Assembly (NCBI GenBank): GCA_049688595.1
Contig: JBAVLA010000111.1
Coordinates: 1 to 57,490, forward strand
Direction: 5' to 3'
Length of the DNA stretch: 57,490 bases
Origin: Candidatus Nanopelagicales bacterium
Lineage (GTDB): Bacteria; Actinomycetota; Actinomycetes; S36-B12; CAIYMF01
A program made the translations under genes and the position numbers. A model generated the notes under the pieces. The model worked only from the letters and a program-made list of their open reading frames with translations. It made no database searches and had not been told where the DNA came from. This document shows, in pieces, positions 21,019-31,658 of this stretch (position 1 is its first letter; each line of letters opens with the position of its first letter).

Positions 21019-22976
21019 CAGATGTCCAGGAACCTAACGTCGCGGGCGTTGCGCTGGATGAAGGATCGACGGCTCTCGACGTCCTCGCCCATGAGAGTCA
21101 TGAACAGCTCGTCGGCCTGGGCTGCGTCGTCGAGCTGCACCTGCAGCAGGACTCGGACCTCAGGGTTCATGGTCGTGTCGCGCAGCTCCTGCCAGTTCAT
21201 CTCGCCCAAGCCCTTGTACCGCTGCACGGCCTCCTCCTTGGGCAGCCTGCGGCCAGCCGCCAAGCCAGCCTCGATCAGCGCGTCGCGCTCCCGGTCGGAG
21301 TAGGCGTAGTCGGGGGCTGCCTTGGTCCACTTGATCTTGAACAGCGGCGGCTGCCCCAGGAACACGTGCCCATGCTCGATGAGGGGCCGCATGTAGCGGA
21401 AGAGCAGGGTCAGCAGCAGGGTGCGGATGTGCTGGCCGTCCACATCCGCGTCGGCCATCAGGACCAGCTTGTGGTAGCGCAGCCTGGCCTCGTCGAAGTC
21501 GTCCTGGACGCCGGTGCCCATCGCCGAGATCAGCGCCTGCACCTCGTTGTTCTGCAGCACCCGGTCCAGGCGAGCCTTCTCGACGTTGAGGATCTTCCCG
21601 CGGATCGGCAGGATCGCCTGTGTCTTGGGGTCCCGCGCCTGACGTGCCGAGCCGCCGGCGGAGTCACCCTCAACGACGAACAGCTCGCACTGCCTGGGCT
21701 CACGGCTGGAGCAGTCGATCAACTTGCCGGGAAGGCCGCCCCCACCGAGCAGCCCCTTGCGGTTGCGGGCCAGGTCGCGGGCCTTGCGAGCGGCCATCCG
21801 GGCCTGGCTGGCCTGGACCGCCTTGCGTGCGATCTCCTTGCCCTCCGCAGGGTTCGCCTCGAACCATGCACCGAGCTGGTCGTTGACAACGGCCTGCACG
21901 ACGGACTTGGCCTCGGTGTTGCCCAGCTTCGTCTTCGTCTGCCCCTCGAACTGGGGCTCGCGCAGCTTCACGCTGACGATGGCTGTCAAGCCCTCCCGGA
22001 CGTCCTCCCCGGAGAGATTGGAGTCCTTCTCCTTGAGCACACCCCAGGTCCTGGCGAACTTGTTCACCAGCGACGTGAGAGCGGAGCGGAAGCCCTCCTC
22101 GTGGGTGCCTCCCTCGGTGGTGTTGATCGTGTTGGCGAACGTGTAGACGCTCTCGGTGAACCCGTCGTTCCACTGCATCGCGATCTCCGCAGAGATCCCC
22201 TTGTCCAGGTCCTCGGCCCCGAACTCGATCACGTTCAGGTGCGCCGGGCTGCGCTTCGCGTTGAGATGGCGCACGAAGTCTGCGATGCCGCCCTGGTACA
22301 TGTAGGTCACTTGCCGAGGACCCGCCTGATCCTCGAGCGCGTCGTCATCAGTGGGGGGGACCCGCTCGTCGGTCAGCACCAGGGTCAGGCCCCGGTTCAG
22401 GAACGCCATCTCCTGGAAGCGCCGTGAGAGCGTCTCGAAGTCGTAGTGCGTCGTCTCGAAGACGCGGTCGTCGGCCCAGAAGGTCACCGAGGTACCCGTG
22501 CCCTCGACGGCCTCGTCCCTGGACAGCTGGGCCTGGGGCACCCCTCGGGCATAGGACTGACGCCACACGTGCCCGTCCCGACGCACCTGCACGTCCAGGC
22601 GACTCGACAGCGCGTTGACGACCGACACGCCGACACCGTGCAACCCGCCGGAGACCGCGTAGCCACTCCCGCCGAACTTGCCGCCGGCGTGCAGGACGGT
22701 CAGGACCACCTCCACGCCGGGCCGGCCCTCGCTTTCGACGATGTCGACCGGGATGCCCCGACCGTTGTCGACGACGCGGACTCCCCCGTCCGTCAGCAGG
22801 GTGACGTCGATCCGGTCGCAATAGCCGGCCAGGGACTCGTCCACCGAGTTGTCCACGACCTCGTAGACCAGATGGTGAAGGCCGCGCTCACCGGTCGATC
22901 CGATGTACATGCCTGGACGCTTGCGCACCGCATCGAGGCCCTCGAGCACCGTGATCGCGCTGGCGTCATAGGACAC
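21018..22976 (-). CDS. gyrB: DNA gyrase subunit B
   Basis: A GTG at 22976 is preceded by AGGAG. It gives '[27 protein letters not shown]', plus GHKL ATPase and Toprim ('EGDSAGG') motifs. The track ORF reaching 23141 is an extension. Confidence 0.96.
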   Translation of the reverse strand: MSYDASAITVLEGLDAVRKRPGMYIGSTGERGLHHLVYEVVDNSVDESLAGYCDRIDVTLLTDGGVRVVDNGRGIPVDIVESEGRPGVEVVLTVLHAGGKFGGSGYAVSGGLHGVGVSVVNALSSRLDVQVRRDGHVWRQSYARGVPQAQLSRDEAVEGTGTSVTFWADDRVFETTHYDFETLSRRFQEMAFLNRGLTLVLTDERVPPTDDDALEDQAGPRQVTYMYQGGIADFVRHLNAKRSPAHLNVIEFGAEDLDKGISAEIAMQWNDGFTESVYTFANTINTTEGGTHEEGFRSALTSLVNKFARTWGVLKEKDSNLSGEDVREGLTAIVSVKLREPQFEGQTKTKLGNTEAKSVVQAVVNDQLGAWFEANPAEGKEIARKAVQASQARMAARKARDLARNRKGLLGGGGLPGKLIDCSSREPRQCELFVVEGDSAGGSARQARDPKTQAILPIRGKILNVEKARLDRVLQNNEVQALISAMGTGVQDDFDEARLRYHKLVLMADADVDGQHIRTLLLTLLFRYMRPLIEHGHVFLGQPPLFKIKWTKAAPDYAYSDRERDALIEAGLAAGRRLPKEEAVQRYKGLGEMNWQELRDTTMNPEVRVLLQVQLDDAAQADELFMTLMGEDVESRRSFIQRNARDVRFLDI

Positions 22977-23228
22977 GTGCGACTCCTGACTAGGTGGCGA
23001 ACTGCGGTTCTCCCGACGGATTCCAATGCCCGAATCGCACCAGATGCGGTCTTGGGATCTTGGGCGGCGGCGCCCTGGTGACCATCCGCTACTCGCGTCC
23101 GATTCTACCCGAACCGGCATGACACTTAGTCTGATATCCACAGCCGGGAGCCACGCGGATCAACCACACAGAAGGCCGTGACCAGCCCACGGCAACGTCC
23201 CAGCCAGCCTCGACGGGCCTTGGGCGGT

Positions 23229-23780
23229 CTATCCGTACGTGTCCCGAGGCCCGCGACCAGCCACGCGCAGCCGACCGTGGGACCACGGCGGGGGATTCGG
23301 TCCGGTGATGCTGATGTCCTTGACCACGCCCGGTCCGACATGGGCGTCAATCGAGGCACGCATGGCAGGCATCATCAGGCGCAGCTGCTCGGCCCATGCC
23401 GTGGACGCCGTGCGCACCACAAGCACGCCCGTGGCGGGATCGAACGACTCCGGGGCAGCGTGCTCGGCAATGGCAACGCCGACGATCTCCGCCCAGAGCC
23501 CGTGCACCTTGGCCGCGTCCAGCACGTTGCCCCAGCCCTCGTCGGCCACGACACCGCTCCACGCGCCACGGATCGCGACCGGATCACGCTCGTCGGGGCC
23601 GGGTCCGGAGTACCCGCCGACCGACCGGCTCCGCGAGCGCACGGAGCCCCGGGGCGTCGACGTCGGCGGGTTTCGCGAGAACGCGCGGGCCGCTGCTCGC
23701 ACCCTGGCCAGCACCGAGCGGGCTGCGTCGGGCATGGCGTCTGGTCCCGGTCCCGGGTCCGATTCGTGCGGCTGCGTCAT
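23229..23780 (-). CDS. dciA: DUF721 (DciA-like) protein
   Basis: '[42 protein letters not shown]' is the DUF721 core. It occupies the recF-DUF721-gyrB position and its ATG overlaps the recF stop. Confidence 0.75.
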   Translation of the reverse strand: MTQPHESDPGPGPDAMPDAARSVLARVRAAARAFSRNPPTSTPRGSVRSRSRSVGGYSGPGPDERDPVAIRGAWSGVVADEGWGNVLDAAKVHGLWAEIVGVAIAEHAAPESFDPATGVLVVRTASTAWAEQLRLMMPAMRASIDAHVGPGVVKDISITGPNPPPWSHGRLRVAGRGPRDTYG

Positions 23781-24931
23781 CGGGAACCTCCCACCAGGAC
23801 GCCGCCGACAGTCTCGACGGTCTGCCCTTCCAGGACGGTCGGGACATCTTCTGGGACTGCTGCAGTGATCAGGACCTGCTCCACATCGGCGACCACGCTG
23901 GCAAGACGTGACCTTCTCTGCGCGTCCAGCTCGGCGAACACGTCGTCGAGGATCAGAACTGGCGCCCCGCCCGGTCCGCTCTCATCGCAGAGCAGGTCGT
24001 AGGACGCCAGTCGCAGGGCCAGGGACATGGACCAGGACTCGCCGTGGGAGGCGTACCCCTTCGCCGGCATGCCATGCAGTCCCAGGGACAGGTCGTCCCG
24101 GTGCGGGCCCACCAAGGTGAGGCCGCGGGTGAACTCCTCATCCCGGCGCTCCATCAGGGCCTTGAGCACGAGCTCAGCGAGCTCCCGGCGGTCCATCCCC
24201 GCCTCGGCTCCCGGCACCGATGTCGCGTACTTGGCGACCACCAGGGGTTCCCGGCCTTCGGGCGCAACCGCGGAGTACCTGCCCGCCAACGGCCCGGCCA
24301 GCCGCTCGACCAGCGCCAGCCGTGCCTGCAGCAGTTCCGCGGACAGAGTGGCCAGCTGGTTGTCCCACACACCGAGTGTCTGCTCTGCTGTGGAGCGACT
24401 GCGCGCGCCCCCGCCGCGGACGGCCGAGGCCGACTTGAGCAGCGAGTTCCGCTGGCGCAGGACCCGGTCCAGGTCGGACAGGACACCGTCGTAGCGGGGC
24501 GCCAGCGCCACCAGCAGCTCATCCAGGTAGTCCCGTCGCCCACTGGGGTCGCCCTTGACCAAGGACAGGTCCTCCGGGGCGAACAGGACCCGCGAGAACT
24601 GCCCCAGGACATCTCGCTGACGGGGAACCGGGCTGCGGTTCAACCGGGCTCGGTTGGCCCGCCCCGGGTTGATCTCCAACTCGATGAGCACCTGGCGGCC
24701 GCCACGATCCATGAGGACGCGGACGATGGCCCGGGTGGCCCCCTGCCGGACCAGGGGCGCGTCGGTTGCCACCCGGTGGGACCGCAGCGCACTGGCGTAG
24801 CCGATCGCCTCCACGAGGTTCGTCTTGCCCTGCCCATTGGGTCCCAGCAGGGTGGTCACGCCCGGGGCGAGGTCCAGTTCGACGCCCGCGTATGAGCGGA
24901 AGTCGATCAGCCCGAGGTGCCTGACGAACAC
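23777..24931 (-). CDS. recF: DNA replication/repair protein RecF
   Basis: '[14 protein letters not shown]...[16 protein letters not shown]' contains the Walker A motif, and '[11 protein letters not shown]' is Walker B. Confidence 0.96.
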   Translation of the reverse strand: MFVRHLGLIDFRSYAGVELDLAPGVTTLLGPNGQGKTNLVEAIGYASALRSHRVATDAPLVRQGATRAIVRVLMDRGGRQVLIELEINPGRANRARLNRSPVPRQRDVLGQFSRVLFAPEDLSLVKGDPSGRRDYLDELLVALAPRYDGVLSDLDRVLRQRNSLLKSASAVRGGGARSRSTAEQTLGVWDNQLATLSAELLQARLALVERLAGPLAGRYSAVAPEGREPLVVAKYATSVPGAEAGMDRRELAELVLKALMERRDEEFTRGLTLVGPHRDDLSLGLHGMPAKGYASHGESWSMSLALRLASYDLLCDESGPGGAPVLILDDVFAELDAQRRSRLASVVADVEQVLITAAVPEDVPTVLEGQTVETVGGVLVGGSR

Positions 24932-24932
24932 G

Positions 24933-26075
24933 CTAGGCGGGCAGGCGGATCGGCATGAGCAGGTACTTGTAGTCGCCGACGGCGTCGGCGTCGAAGCTGG
25001 CAGAACCCGTGAGCACCGCGGCCTTGCCGGGTTCAGTGAACGACATCATCGTCACTGGCTTGCCGATCGCGGCAAGGCCCTCCAGCAGATAGGCCGCGTT
25101 GAAGGCGATCCGTTCCATCGACTCACCCTGCAACTCGCACTCGATCGCGTCCGTCCCCAGGGCGTCATCACCGGTACCGGCCTCGAGGACCACCTCCTGC
25201 CCGCTGAAGATCAGCCTTACAGCCGATGAGCGCTCGGCGACCAGGGATACCCGCTTGACCGCCTCGGTCAGGGCTGCGGTCTCCACGCGCGCGACGGTGC
25301 TCGGCTGTTTCGGCAGCAGGTCGCGGAACTTGGGGAAGTCGCCGTTCAGCAGCCGGGTGGTCGTGCGTCGATCCAAGCCCTCGATCCCCAGCAGCCCTTC
25401 GCCGGCAGAGGCGAGGGAGAAGGCCAGTCGGACCTCGTCGGCGTGCATGAGGGACTTCGAGGTGTCGGCCAGGGTGCGGGCCGGGACCAGAGCGGCTGCC
25501 GTGAACTGGGGATCTCGCGGCGTCCAGTTGAAGGTGCGAACGGCCAAGCGGTACCGGTCCGTGGCGGCCAGCGTCACCGAATCACCGTCGACCTCGACAC
25601 GGACGCCCGTCAGGAAGGCCAGCGTGTCGTCCCTCCCGGCTGCGACTGCGACCTGGGACACCGCTGAAGCGAGCACCGGGCCGGGAACCGTGCCGTTGGG
25701 CTCCGGCATGGGCGGCAGATTCGGGTAGTCCTCGACCGGGAGCGTGGGCAGCGCGAACGAGGACCGGCCGCACCGGACTGCCATACGGGTGCCCTCGACC
25801 TCGACGTCGACCGGCTGGGCCGGCAGGGCCTTGGCAATGTCGACCAGCAGGCGCCCGTTCACGAGCGCAACTCCGGGGACCTCGACATCAGCCGCGATCT
25901 CGGCCCGACCCGAAACCTCGAAGTCGTAGGACTCGACCCGCAAGCACGCCTTGGCGTCGGCCAACGCCTCAAGCCGGAGGCCGGACAGCATGGGCGCTGT
26001 GGGCCTGGCCGGGACGGTGCGCCCGGCCCACGTCACGGCCTCCGCGAACCTGTCCCGGTCGACGCGGAACCTCAT
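24933..26075 (-). CDS. dnaN: DNA polymerase III beta sliding clamp
   Basis: '[22 protein letters not shown]' begins at the ATG at 26075, and the C-terminus is 'YLLMPIRL'. About 380 aa. Confidence 0.95.
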   Translation of the reverse strand: MRFRVDRDRFAEAVTWAGRTVPARPTAPMLSGLRLEALADAKACLRVESYDFEVSGRAEIAADVEVPGVALVNGRLLVDIAKALPAQPVDVEVEGTRMAVRCGRSSFALPTLPVEDYPNLPPMPEPNGTVPGPVLASAVSQVAVAAGRDDTLAFLTGVRVEVDGDSVTLAATDRYRLAVRTFNWTPRDPQFTAAALVPARTLADTSKSLMHADEVRLAFSLASAGEGLLGIEGLDRRTTTRLLNGDFPKFRDLLPKQPSTVARVETAALTEAVKRVSLVAERSSAVRLIFSGQEVVLEAGTGDDALGTDAIECELQGESMERIAFNAAYLLEGLAAIGKPVTMMSFTEPGKAAVLTGSASFDADAVGDYKYLLMPIRLPA

Positions 26076-26147
26076 GGGCTCCCGGTTCAGCACGGAGGCT
26101 CGGGTGGCGGACTCGTGCATGGGGTTCTCATGGTCGAGGCTTGCCAC

Positions 26148-26580
26148 TGGTTCCTCCTGGTTCGCCGGCTCGGGGCCAGACTACGACGGCTGCCCGACAA
26201 TGCCTTGACGTGCTGCCGGGGGTCAAGTCCGGGGACGGCAGGTGCTCGACGCCGCACGTCCTGGACGACACGGATGTCCTGCTCGGCATCCACAGATCGG
26301 GCGTCCGTTGATGGTGGTGGACTCGCGACCTTCCGTTCACTTGCAGTTCTCGCAGTAGGTCCTGTGGGTTCTGTGCAAAGCCCGAGTACGGCCAGATCAG
26401 CAGGCGTGTCGTGAGGCACAGGGGCTGTGCACGTCAATGCGTCGGGACGTTGTGATTCGTGGATCGATCCCTCGGCGCGCGCTGTTGCGCGTCGGTCGTC
26501 CACGAGCCCGGCTCCTCCGTCCACACGACAGGTGTCGTTCGCCAGGTCTTGTCCACAGGCGAGCACGGTGAGCGCCACGG
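26148..26580. promoter_or_regulatory. chromosomal replication origin oriC (dnaA-dnaN intergenic DnaA-box cluster)
   Basis: Boxes include TTGTCCACA (26549-26557), CCGTCCACA (26517-26525), TCGTCCACG (26496-26504), GCATCCACA (26286-26294) and an inverted GATCCACGA (26457-26465). The middle of the region is noticeably less GC-rich. Confidence 0.8.
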
Positions 26581-28002
26581 TCACCTGACGGCTGTCGTGG
26601 ACCGGATCCGCGTCGTCAGGTCCGTCACCGAGTTGTACAGCGATCGGCGCTCAGCCATGAGCTTGCGGATCTTCCGATCAGCGTGCATCACGGTGGTGTG
26701 ATCACGACCACCGAACAGCTCCCCGATCTTGGGCAGCGACAGGTCGGTGAGCTCCCGGCACAGGTACATGGCGACCTGGCGGGCCGTCACCAGGGTGCGG
26801 GAGCGCGAGGCGCCGGTGAGGTCGTCGATCGTCACGGAGTAGAACTTCGCTGTCTCGAGCATGATGTCCGGTCCGGTGATCTCCGGTCCGGCCTCGTTCG
26901 GGATGACGTTGCGGAGCACCTCCTGGGCCAGGGTGAAGTCCACTGGGCGCTTGCTCAGGCTCGCGTAGGCGGTCACGCGGATGAGGGCCCCTTCGAGCTC
27001 TCGGATGTTCCGGGAGATCCGACTGGCGATGTACTCCAACACGTCGGCTGGGACGGATACCGCCTCCTGATCGGTCTTGCGGCGCAGGATGGCTATCCGG
27101 GTCTCGAGGTCGGGTGGCTGGATGTCAGTGGTGAGCCCCCATCCGAAGCGCGTCCGCATCCGGTCCTCGAAGTTCTTGAGGTTGACCGGCGCGATGTCGG
27201 AGGTCAGGACGATCTGCTTGTTGGCATTGTGCAGCGTGTTGAAGGTGTGGAAGAACTCCTCCTGGGTCTGCACCTTGCCCGACATGAACTGGATGTCGTC
27301 GACGAGCAGCACGTCCACATCGCGGTAGCGCTTCTTGAACTGCTTGGCGGCGTCGTCACCGTCGCGGATCGAGTTGATGAACTCATTGGTGAACTCCTCG
27401 CTGGACACGTACCGCACGCGAGTCCCCGAGTAGTTGGTCTGCGTGTAGTGACCGATCGCGTGCAGCAGGTGGGTCTTCCCAAGCCCGGACTCGCCGTAGA
27501 TGACCAAGGGGTTGTAGCTGCGGGCGGGTTGCTCTGCCACGGCCACTGCCGCCGCGTGGGCGAACCTGTTGCTGGCGCCGGCCACGAAGGTCTCGAACGT
27601 GTACCGAGGGTTGAGCCGGGACCTGTTGTCAGCGGTGATCGGCTCAGTGTTCCTGGATTGCGCGCGCACGGGGGCTCGGGGCGGCGTGGTATTGGCGTAG
27701 GTGGCGTCGGCCATCATGTCGGCCATCTCCTCGTCGACGCCTAGCGATTCGTCGACCGTCACGACCAGCGTGAGCTTGACGCCGAGCAGCTGGTGGAGGG
27801 TCTCCTCGATCAGCGGACGGAGCTTGGATTGCAGGACGTCCTCCGCGAAGGCGTTCGGCGCAGCCAGCACGGCGAGGCTTCCGTAGACGTTCATCAGGCG
27901 GCTCAACTGCAGGAAGGCCCGGTGGGATCGGCTCAGGTCGGTGCCGTCGAGGGAGCGGATGACGCTGGCCCAGATCTCCGAGGGTTCTGCAGTGCCATCC
28001 AC
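26581..28002 (-). CDS. dnaA: chromosomal replication initiator protein DnaA
   Basis: A GTG at 28002 follows GGAGGtatcaac. It gives 'VDGTAEPSEIWASVIRSL...', AAA+ motifs 'IYGESGLGKTHLLHAI' and 'LLVDDIQF', and a C-terminal DNA-binding 'RQVAMYLCRELT...GGRDHTTVMHA'. 473 aa. Confidence 0.95.
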   Translation of the reverse strand: MDGTAEPSEIWASVIRSLDGTDLSRSHRAFLQLSRLMNVYGSLAVLAAPNAFAEDVLQSKLRPLIEETLHQLLGVKLTLVVTVDESLGVDEEMADMMADATYANTTPPRAPVRAQSRNTEPITADNRSRLNPRYTFETFVAGASNRFAHAAAVAVAEQPARSYNPLVIYGESGLGKTHLLHAIGHYTQTNYSGTRVRYVSSEEFTNEFINSIRDGDDAAKQFKKRYRDVDVLLVDDIQFMSGKVQTQEEFFHTFNTLHNANKQIVLTSDIAPVNLKNFEDRMRTRFGWGLTTDIQPPDLETRIAILRRKTDQEAVSVPADVLEYIASRISRNIRELEGALIRVTAYASLSKRPVDFTLAQEVLRNVIPNEAGPEITGPDIMLETAKFYSVTIDDLTGASRSRTLVTARQVAMYLCRELTDLSLPKIGELFGGRDHTTVMHADRKIRKLMAERRSLYNSVTDLTTRIRSTTAVR

Positions 28003-28112
28003 GTTGATACCTCCATCGAGTGTGCGCAGCGCGCCCCAAGCAGGGTGCGTCGAAGGTGGGAAGCCCGGTACCAACCGGCCGATGCAGCGGCCGGAACTGC
28101 TTGGGAGAGGAG

Positions 28113-28121
28113 TTTTCCACA
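28113..28121. promoter_or_regulatory. DnaA box (TTTTCCACA) in dnaA/rpmH divergent promoter region
   Basis: The 9-mer lies 111 nt upstream of the dnaA start. A weaker GGATCCACG lies about 50 nt further on. Confidence 0.45.
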
Positions 28122-28314
28122 GGCTCGCCGGACAGTTGCACGGGGTCCCCTGCCGACGCCCGGGCGTGCTCGGATCCACGATGGCGGCAACGGCCGTTTG
28201 ACCGCGCAGCCGACCGATGCGTACCTTTGTAGGCCGAAGAGGTCCGCCCGGACATGATCGCCACGAAGAGGTCGACCTCCGGCAGATACCCCCAGCGGCA
28301 AGGATGATCCCCAG

Positions 28315-28449
28315 ATGAAGCGCACCTTCCAGCCGAACAACCGGCGGCGTGCTCGCACGCACGGCTTCCGGACCCGCATGAGCACACGTGGCGGTCGGTC
28401 CGTCCTGGCTGCCCGGCGCAGCAAGGGTCGCGTTCGCCTGTCGGCGTAG
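28315..28449 (+). CDS. rpmH: 50S ribosomal protein L34
   Basis: Hand translation gives [44 protein letters not shown] (44 aa). It is below the ORF-track size cutoff. Confidence 0.95.
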   Translation: MKRTFQPNNRRRARTHGFRTRMSTRGGRSVLAARRSKGRVRLSA

Positions 28450-28463
28450 GGCCGACCCTCGCC

Positions 28464-28838
28464 GTGCTGCCGAAGCACCGCAGGGTGCGGCGGTCCGAGG
28501 ACTTCCGGTCCGTCCTGAGCTTGGGGAGCAGGTCTGCAAGACGCTGTCTCGTGGTTCACGTGTGCGCCACGGGCACTGGCCCGGCACGTGCCGGACTGAT
28601 AGTTGGTCGTCCTGTGGGCAATGCCGTGGTTCGCAACAGGGTCTCCCGCCGCCTTCGTCACGTGCTCGCAAACGTGTTGGACGACGTCGCGCCGGGGACG
28701 GCGATCGTCGTTCGGGCACTGCCTCCCGCGGGGGACGCCACCAGCCAGGAGCTCGCGGCGGAGTTGTCCTGGGCGCTTCGCCGCGCGCTGGACAAGGTGG
28801 TCCAGGTGGCCCGGACGTCGGAGGCGGTATCCCCATGA
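28464..28838 (+). CDS. rnpA: ribonuclease P protein component
   Basis: 'MLPKHRRVRRSEDFRSVL...VGNAVVRNRVSRRLR' is the RnpA RNR motif. It directly follows rpmH. Confidence 0.92.
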   Translation: MLPKHRRVRRSEDFRSVLSLGSRSARRCLVVHVCATGTGPARAGLIVGRPVGNAVVRNRVSRRLRHVLANVLDDVAPGTAIVVRALPPAGDATSQELAAELSWALRRALDKVVQVARTSEAVSP

Positions 28839-29170
28839 CCGCACCGCGACAGGCTTGGACCGCCGCACGGCGCGCTTGGGACATGACCCTGGGTCGGCTG
28901 ATGGTGGCTGTGCTGGTCGCGGCGATCCACGGGTACCAGCGATTCGTATCCCCGCTCTTCGGGCCGACCTGCCGGTACTACCCATCCTGCTCGGCATATG
29001 CTCTGGGGGCGGTGCGCACGCATGGTGCGGTCAAGGGGAGCCTGCTGGCCAGTGCGCGCCTCGTGCGGTGCAACCCCTGGTCCCCGGGTGGTATCGACCA
29101 CGTGCCTGCCAAGGGGTCGTGGCGGGGTGGGAAGGACGTCCGACCCACCGCTGAACGAGTTGGGAGCTAG
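28835..29170 (+). CDS. yidD: membrane protein insertion efficiency factor YidD
   Basis: 'YQRFVSPLFGPTCRYYPSCSAYALGAVRTHGAVKGSLLASARLVRCNPW'. Its ATG overlaps the rnpA stop in an ATGA arrangement. Confidence 0.88.
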   Translation: MTAPRQAWTAARRAWDMTLGRLMVAVLVAAIHGYQRFVSPLFGPTCRYYPSCSAYALGAVRTHGAVKGSLLASARLVRCNPWSPGGIDHVPAKGSWRGGKDVRPTAERVGS

Positions 29171-29172
29171 TC

Positions 29173-30165
29173 GTGTTCCTCTGGGAATGGCTGCAGATCG
29201 CGGTCTCATGGATTCTCGTCATGTTCCACCAGTTGTTCTCCGCGGTTTGGGGGGACGAGAGCGGTTGGGCGTGGGTCTGGTCCATCGTGGGCCTGGTCGT
29301 GGTCATCCGGATCATGCTGATCCCGCTGTTCGTCAAGCAGATCCGAGCTCAGCGGAACCTGCAGGCCATCCAGCCGCAGCTCAAGGAGCTCCAAGCCAAG
29401 CACGCTGGGGACCGCGAGCGGCTGACCCAGGAGACGATGGCGCTCTACAAGGAGTCGGGTACCAACCCGTTCTCCTCGTGCCTGCCCATCCTGCTGCAGA
29501 CACCGGTCTTCTTCGCGCTGTTCACGGTGCTCCAGGGCGTCGCCATGGAGATCCCCCGCGGGGTGTTCAAGTGGGAGCAGTACGCCTACCTGCTGCCCTC
29601 CGCGCACAATGCGCAGATCTTCGGCGTCCCGCTCTACGGGACCTTCAGGCTTGCTGACCAGACCCCGAACCCAACTGCCACCAGGGTCCTGGCACTCATC
29701 CTGATCGTCCTGATGTCAGTCACGACCTTCATCACGCAGCGGCAGTTGCTGCTGAAGAACACTGCCAGCGACAACCCGATCGCCCAGCAGATGAAGATCA
29801 TGATGTACGTCTTCCCGATCATGTTCGCGATCGGCGGCTTGAACTTCCCGATCGGGGTGCTCATCTACTGGTTCACCACGAACATCTGGACTATGGGGCA
29901 GCAGTTCTGGGTCATCCGGAACAACCCGCAGCCTGGGACACCTGCGGCCATAGCCGCCGCGGAGCGCAAGGCTCGCAAGTCGGAGAAGAAGGGGCTCCCA
30001 GCCGAACCGACTGGAGGCGCGTCCGGGGGCGCGGCGGGGGGCGGGAGCCGCCCGCCCGTGATCCAGGGCGAGGTCGTTCCCGACCAGGCGCAGCCGAGGC
30101 AGCGCAACCAGCCCAAGCGGCAGTCGCGAGCCAAGCGCACGGGCCCGCCGCCCAAGTCGAGCTAG
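29173..30165 (+). CDS. yidC: membrane protein insertase YidC
   Basis: 330 aa. 'LIPLFVKQIRAQRNLQAIQPQLKELQAKH', 'NPFSSCLPILLQTPVFFALF', and a basic C-terminal tail. Confidence 0.93.
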   Translation: MFLWEWLQIAVSWILVMFHQLFSAVWGDESGWAWVWSIVGLVVVIRIMLIPLFVKQIRAQRNLQAIQPQLKELQAKHAGDRERLTQETMALYKESGTNPFSSCLPILLQTPVFFALFTVLQGVAMEIPRGVFKWEQYAYLLPSAHNAQIFGVPLYGTFRLADQTPNPTATRVLALILIVLMSVTTFITQRQLLLKNTASDNPIAQQMKIMMYVFPIMFAIGGLNFPIGVLIYWFTTNIWTMGQQFWVIRNNPQPGTPAAIAAAERKARKSEKKGLPAEPTGGASGGAAGGGSRPPVIQGEVVPDQAQPRQRNQPKRQSRAKRTGPPPKSS

Positions 30166-30202
30166 GCGTGACGGACAACCGAGAGCACTTGGAAGGACCG
30201 CA

Positions 30203-30667
30203 ATGAGCACGACTCCAGACCTCGAGCGCGAAGGTGACATCGCCGCCGACTACTTGGAGGCGCTGTTGGACATCGCCGACCTCGACGGCGACATCGACAT
30301 GGACGTTGAGCGGGATCGCGCGATGGTCTCGATCGTCGGCGGAGATCTCGACGACCTCGTCGGCGAGGACGGTCGCGTGCTGGAGGCTCTGCAGGAACTG
30401 ACCCGACTCGCGGTGACCAGGGAGACCGGGGAGCGGAGCAGGCTGATGCTGGACATCGCCGGCTTCCGCGCCGGGCGACGCCGGGTGCTGACCGAGTTGG
30501 CCGAACGGGCTGTCGCAGACGTCCGGCGCACTGCCGAGCCTGTGAAGCTTGCCCCGATGACGGCTTTCGAGCGCAAGGTGGTCCACGACGTGGTCACGGA
30601 GGCTGGGTTGCGCAGCGAGAGCGAGGGCGAGGGAGCAGCGCGTCGCGTTGTGGTCATGCCAGCGTGA
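30203..30667 (+). CDS. Jag-like KH/R3H RNA-binding protein
   Basis: 154 aa. The R3H motif 'FERKVVHDVVTEAGLRSESEGEG' is present. It occupies the yidC-jag-rsmG position. Confidence 0.85.
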   Translation: MSTTPDLEREGDIAADYLEALLDIADLDGDIDMDVERDRAMVSIVGGDLDDLVGEDGRVLEALQELTRLAVTRETGERSRLMLDIAGFRAGRRRVLTELAERAVADVRRTAEPVKLAPMTAFERKVVHDVVTEAGLRSESEGEGAARRVVVMPA

Positions 30668-31371
30668 GTGACCTTCCCGGAGGGACCAGCGTTTCACGGG
30701 AAACAGCGGCGTTGATCGAGCACTACTCGGCTTATCCGGACCTGCTTGGCTATGTGGACATCCTGGTCGGCGTCGGCGTCGAGCGCGGCGTGGTGGGACC
30801 TCGGGAAGTGCCCCGCATCTGGCCGCGTCACATCGCGAACTGTGCTGTTGTTGCCCAGGAGGCCCGGACCGAGATCCCTGACGGTTCCAGTGTTGCTGAC
30901 GTCGGATCAGGCGCGGGGCTGCCGGGGCTGGTGTGGGCGATCGTTCGACCGGGACTCACGGTGACGCTGATCGAGCCGCTGTTGCGCCGGGCCACGTTCT
31001 TGAATGAAGTCGTCGACGAGCTCGGCTTGGCAGGGCGGGTCCACGTGCTTCGAGTGCGGGCCGAGGACGTTCGTGCCGTTGAGTTCGACGTGGTCACGGC
31101 GCGGGCAGTTGCCCGCCTGGACCGGCTTGCCGCATGGACGTTGCCGCTAGTCCGGATAGGTGGGCTGGTAGTCGCACTCAAGGGCACGGCGGCGCAGGCC
31201 GAGGCCTCCGAGGCGCGTGTGGTGATCAGGCGCCACGGGGGCCAGGACCCGGTGATCCGGCATTTCGGGACCGGCGTCGTGGACCCGCCGACAACCGCCG
31301 TGCTGATTCGTCGAACCGGCTCCGGGACCGCCCGGACCGGACCCGGACGGAGGCGGGACCAGAGGGTCTAG
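30664..31371 (+). CDS. rsmG: 16S rRNA (guanine527-N7)-methyltransferase RsmG
   Basis: 'VADVGSGAGLPGLVWAI' is the SAM motif, and 'RAVARLDRLAAWTLPLVRIGGLVVALKG' follows. Confidence 0.9.
   Translation: MSDLPGGTSVSRETAALIEHYSAYPDLLGYVDILVGVGVERGVVGPREVPRIWPRHIANCAVVAQEARTEIPDGSSVADVGSGAGLPGLVWAIVRPGLTVTLIEPLLRRATFLNEVVDELGLAGRVHVLRVRAEDVRAVEFDVVTARAVARLDRLAAWTLPLVRIGGLVVALKGTAAQAEASEARVVIRRHGGQDPVIRHFGTGVVDPPTTAVLIRRTGSGTARTGPGRRRDQRV
30691..30704. promoter_or_regulatory. parS-like site (GTTTCACGGGAAAC)
   Basis: One mismatch to the 14-bp core GTTTCACGTGAAAC of the ParB-binding consensus. It lies at the 5' end of rsmG. Confidence 0.5.
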
Positions 31372-31579
31372 CCATCGCTCGCATCTTGTTGAGCGGGCAC
31401 GTTCCCGGGGTGAGGACGGTACTCGTGCATTGACCGGGATGCTTTGGGTGCCGCGCGAAGGCCGGATCCGGTCGGCGCCTCCCTGCGGTCACCGGAACGA
31501 GATGGCGACCATTGGTCGGTACGTAACCAAAATGCAACCTCCTCGACATTCCCGCGATAACGGTCAAATCATCCCCAAC

Positions 31580-31604
31580 TTATCCACAGGAATTTTGTGG
31601 ATAA
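31580..31604. promoter_or_regulatory. inverted pair of perfect DnaA-box 9-mers TTATCCACA-N7-TGTGGATAA
   Basis: ttatccacaggaattttgtggataa lies in a locally low-GC stretch 55-80 nt upstream of the parB start. Confidence 0.5.
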
Positions 31605-31658
31605 CACCTCGTTGGAGGGGTGCCAGCGTAGGATCAGAATGGAACCAAGGACTGGAGT

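Noticed and set aside
28003-28884. N-terminal ~290-aa extension of the dnaA ORF (track ORF 26581..28884, 767 aa)
   Set aside because: The extension is Arg/Pro/Ala-rich and runs antisense through rpmH and rnpA. A GGAGG-spaced GTG at 28002 yields a normal 473-aa DnaA, so the extension is a high-GC open-frame artefact.
31372-31658. Degraded parA pseudogene in the rsmG-parB gap
   Set aside because: None of the three plus-strand frames shows Walker A or other ParA-like residues. The ORF 31430..31753 translates to non-homologous Arg/Gly-rich sequence.
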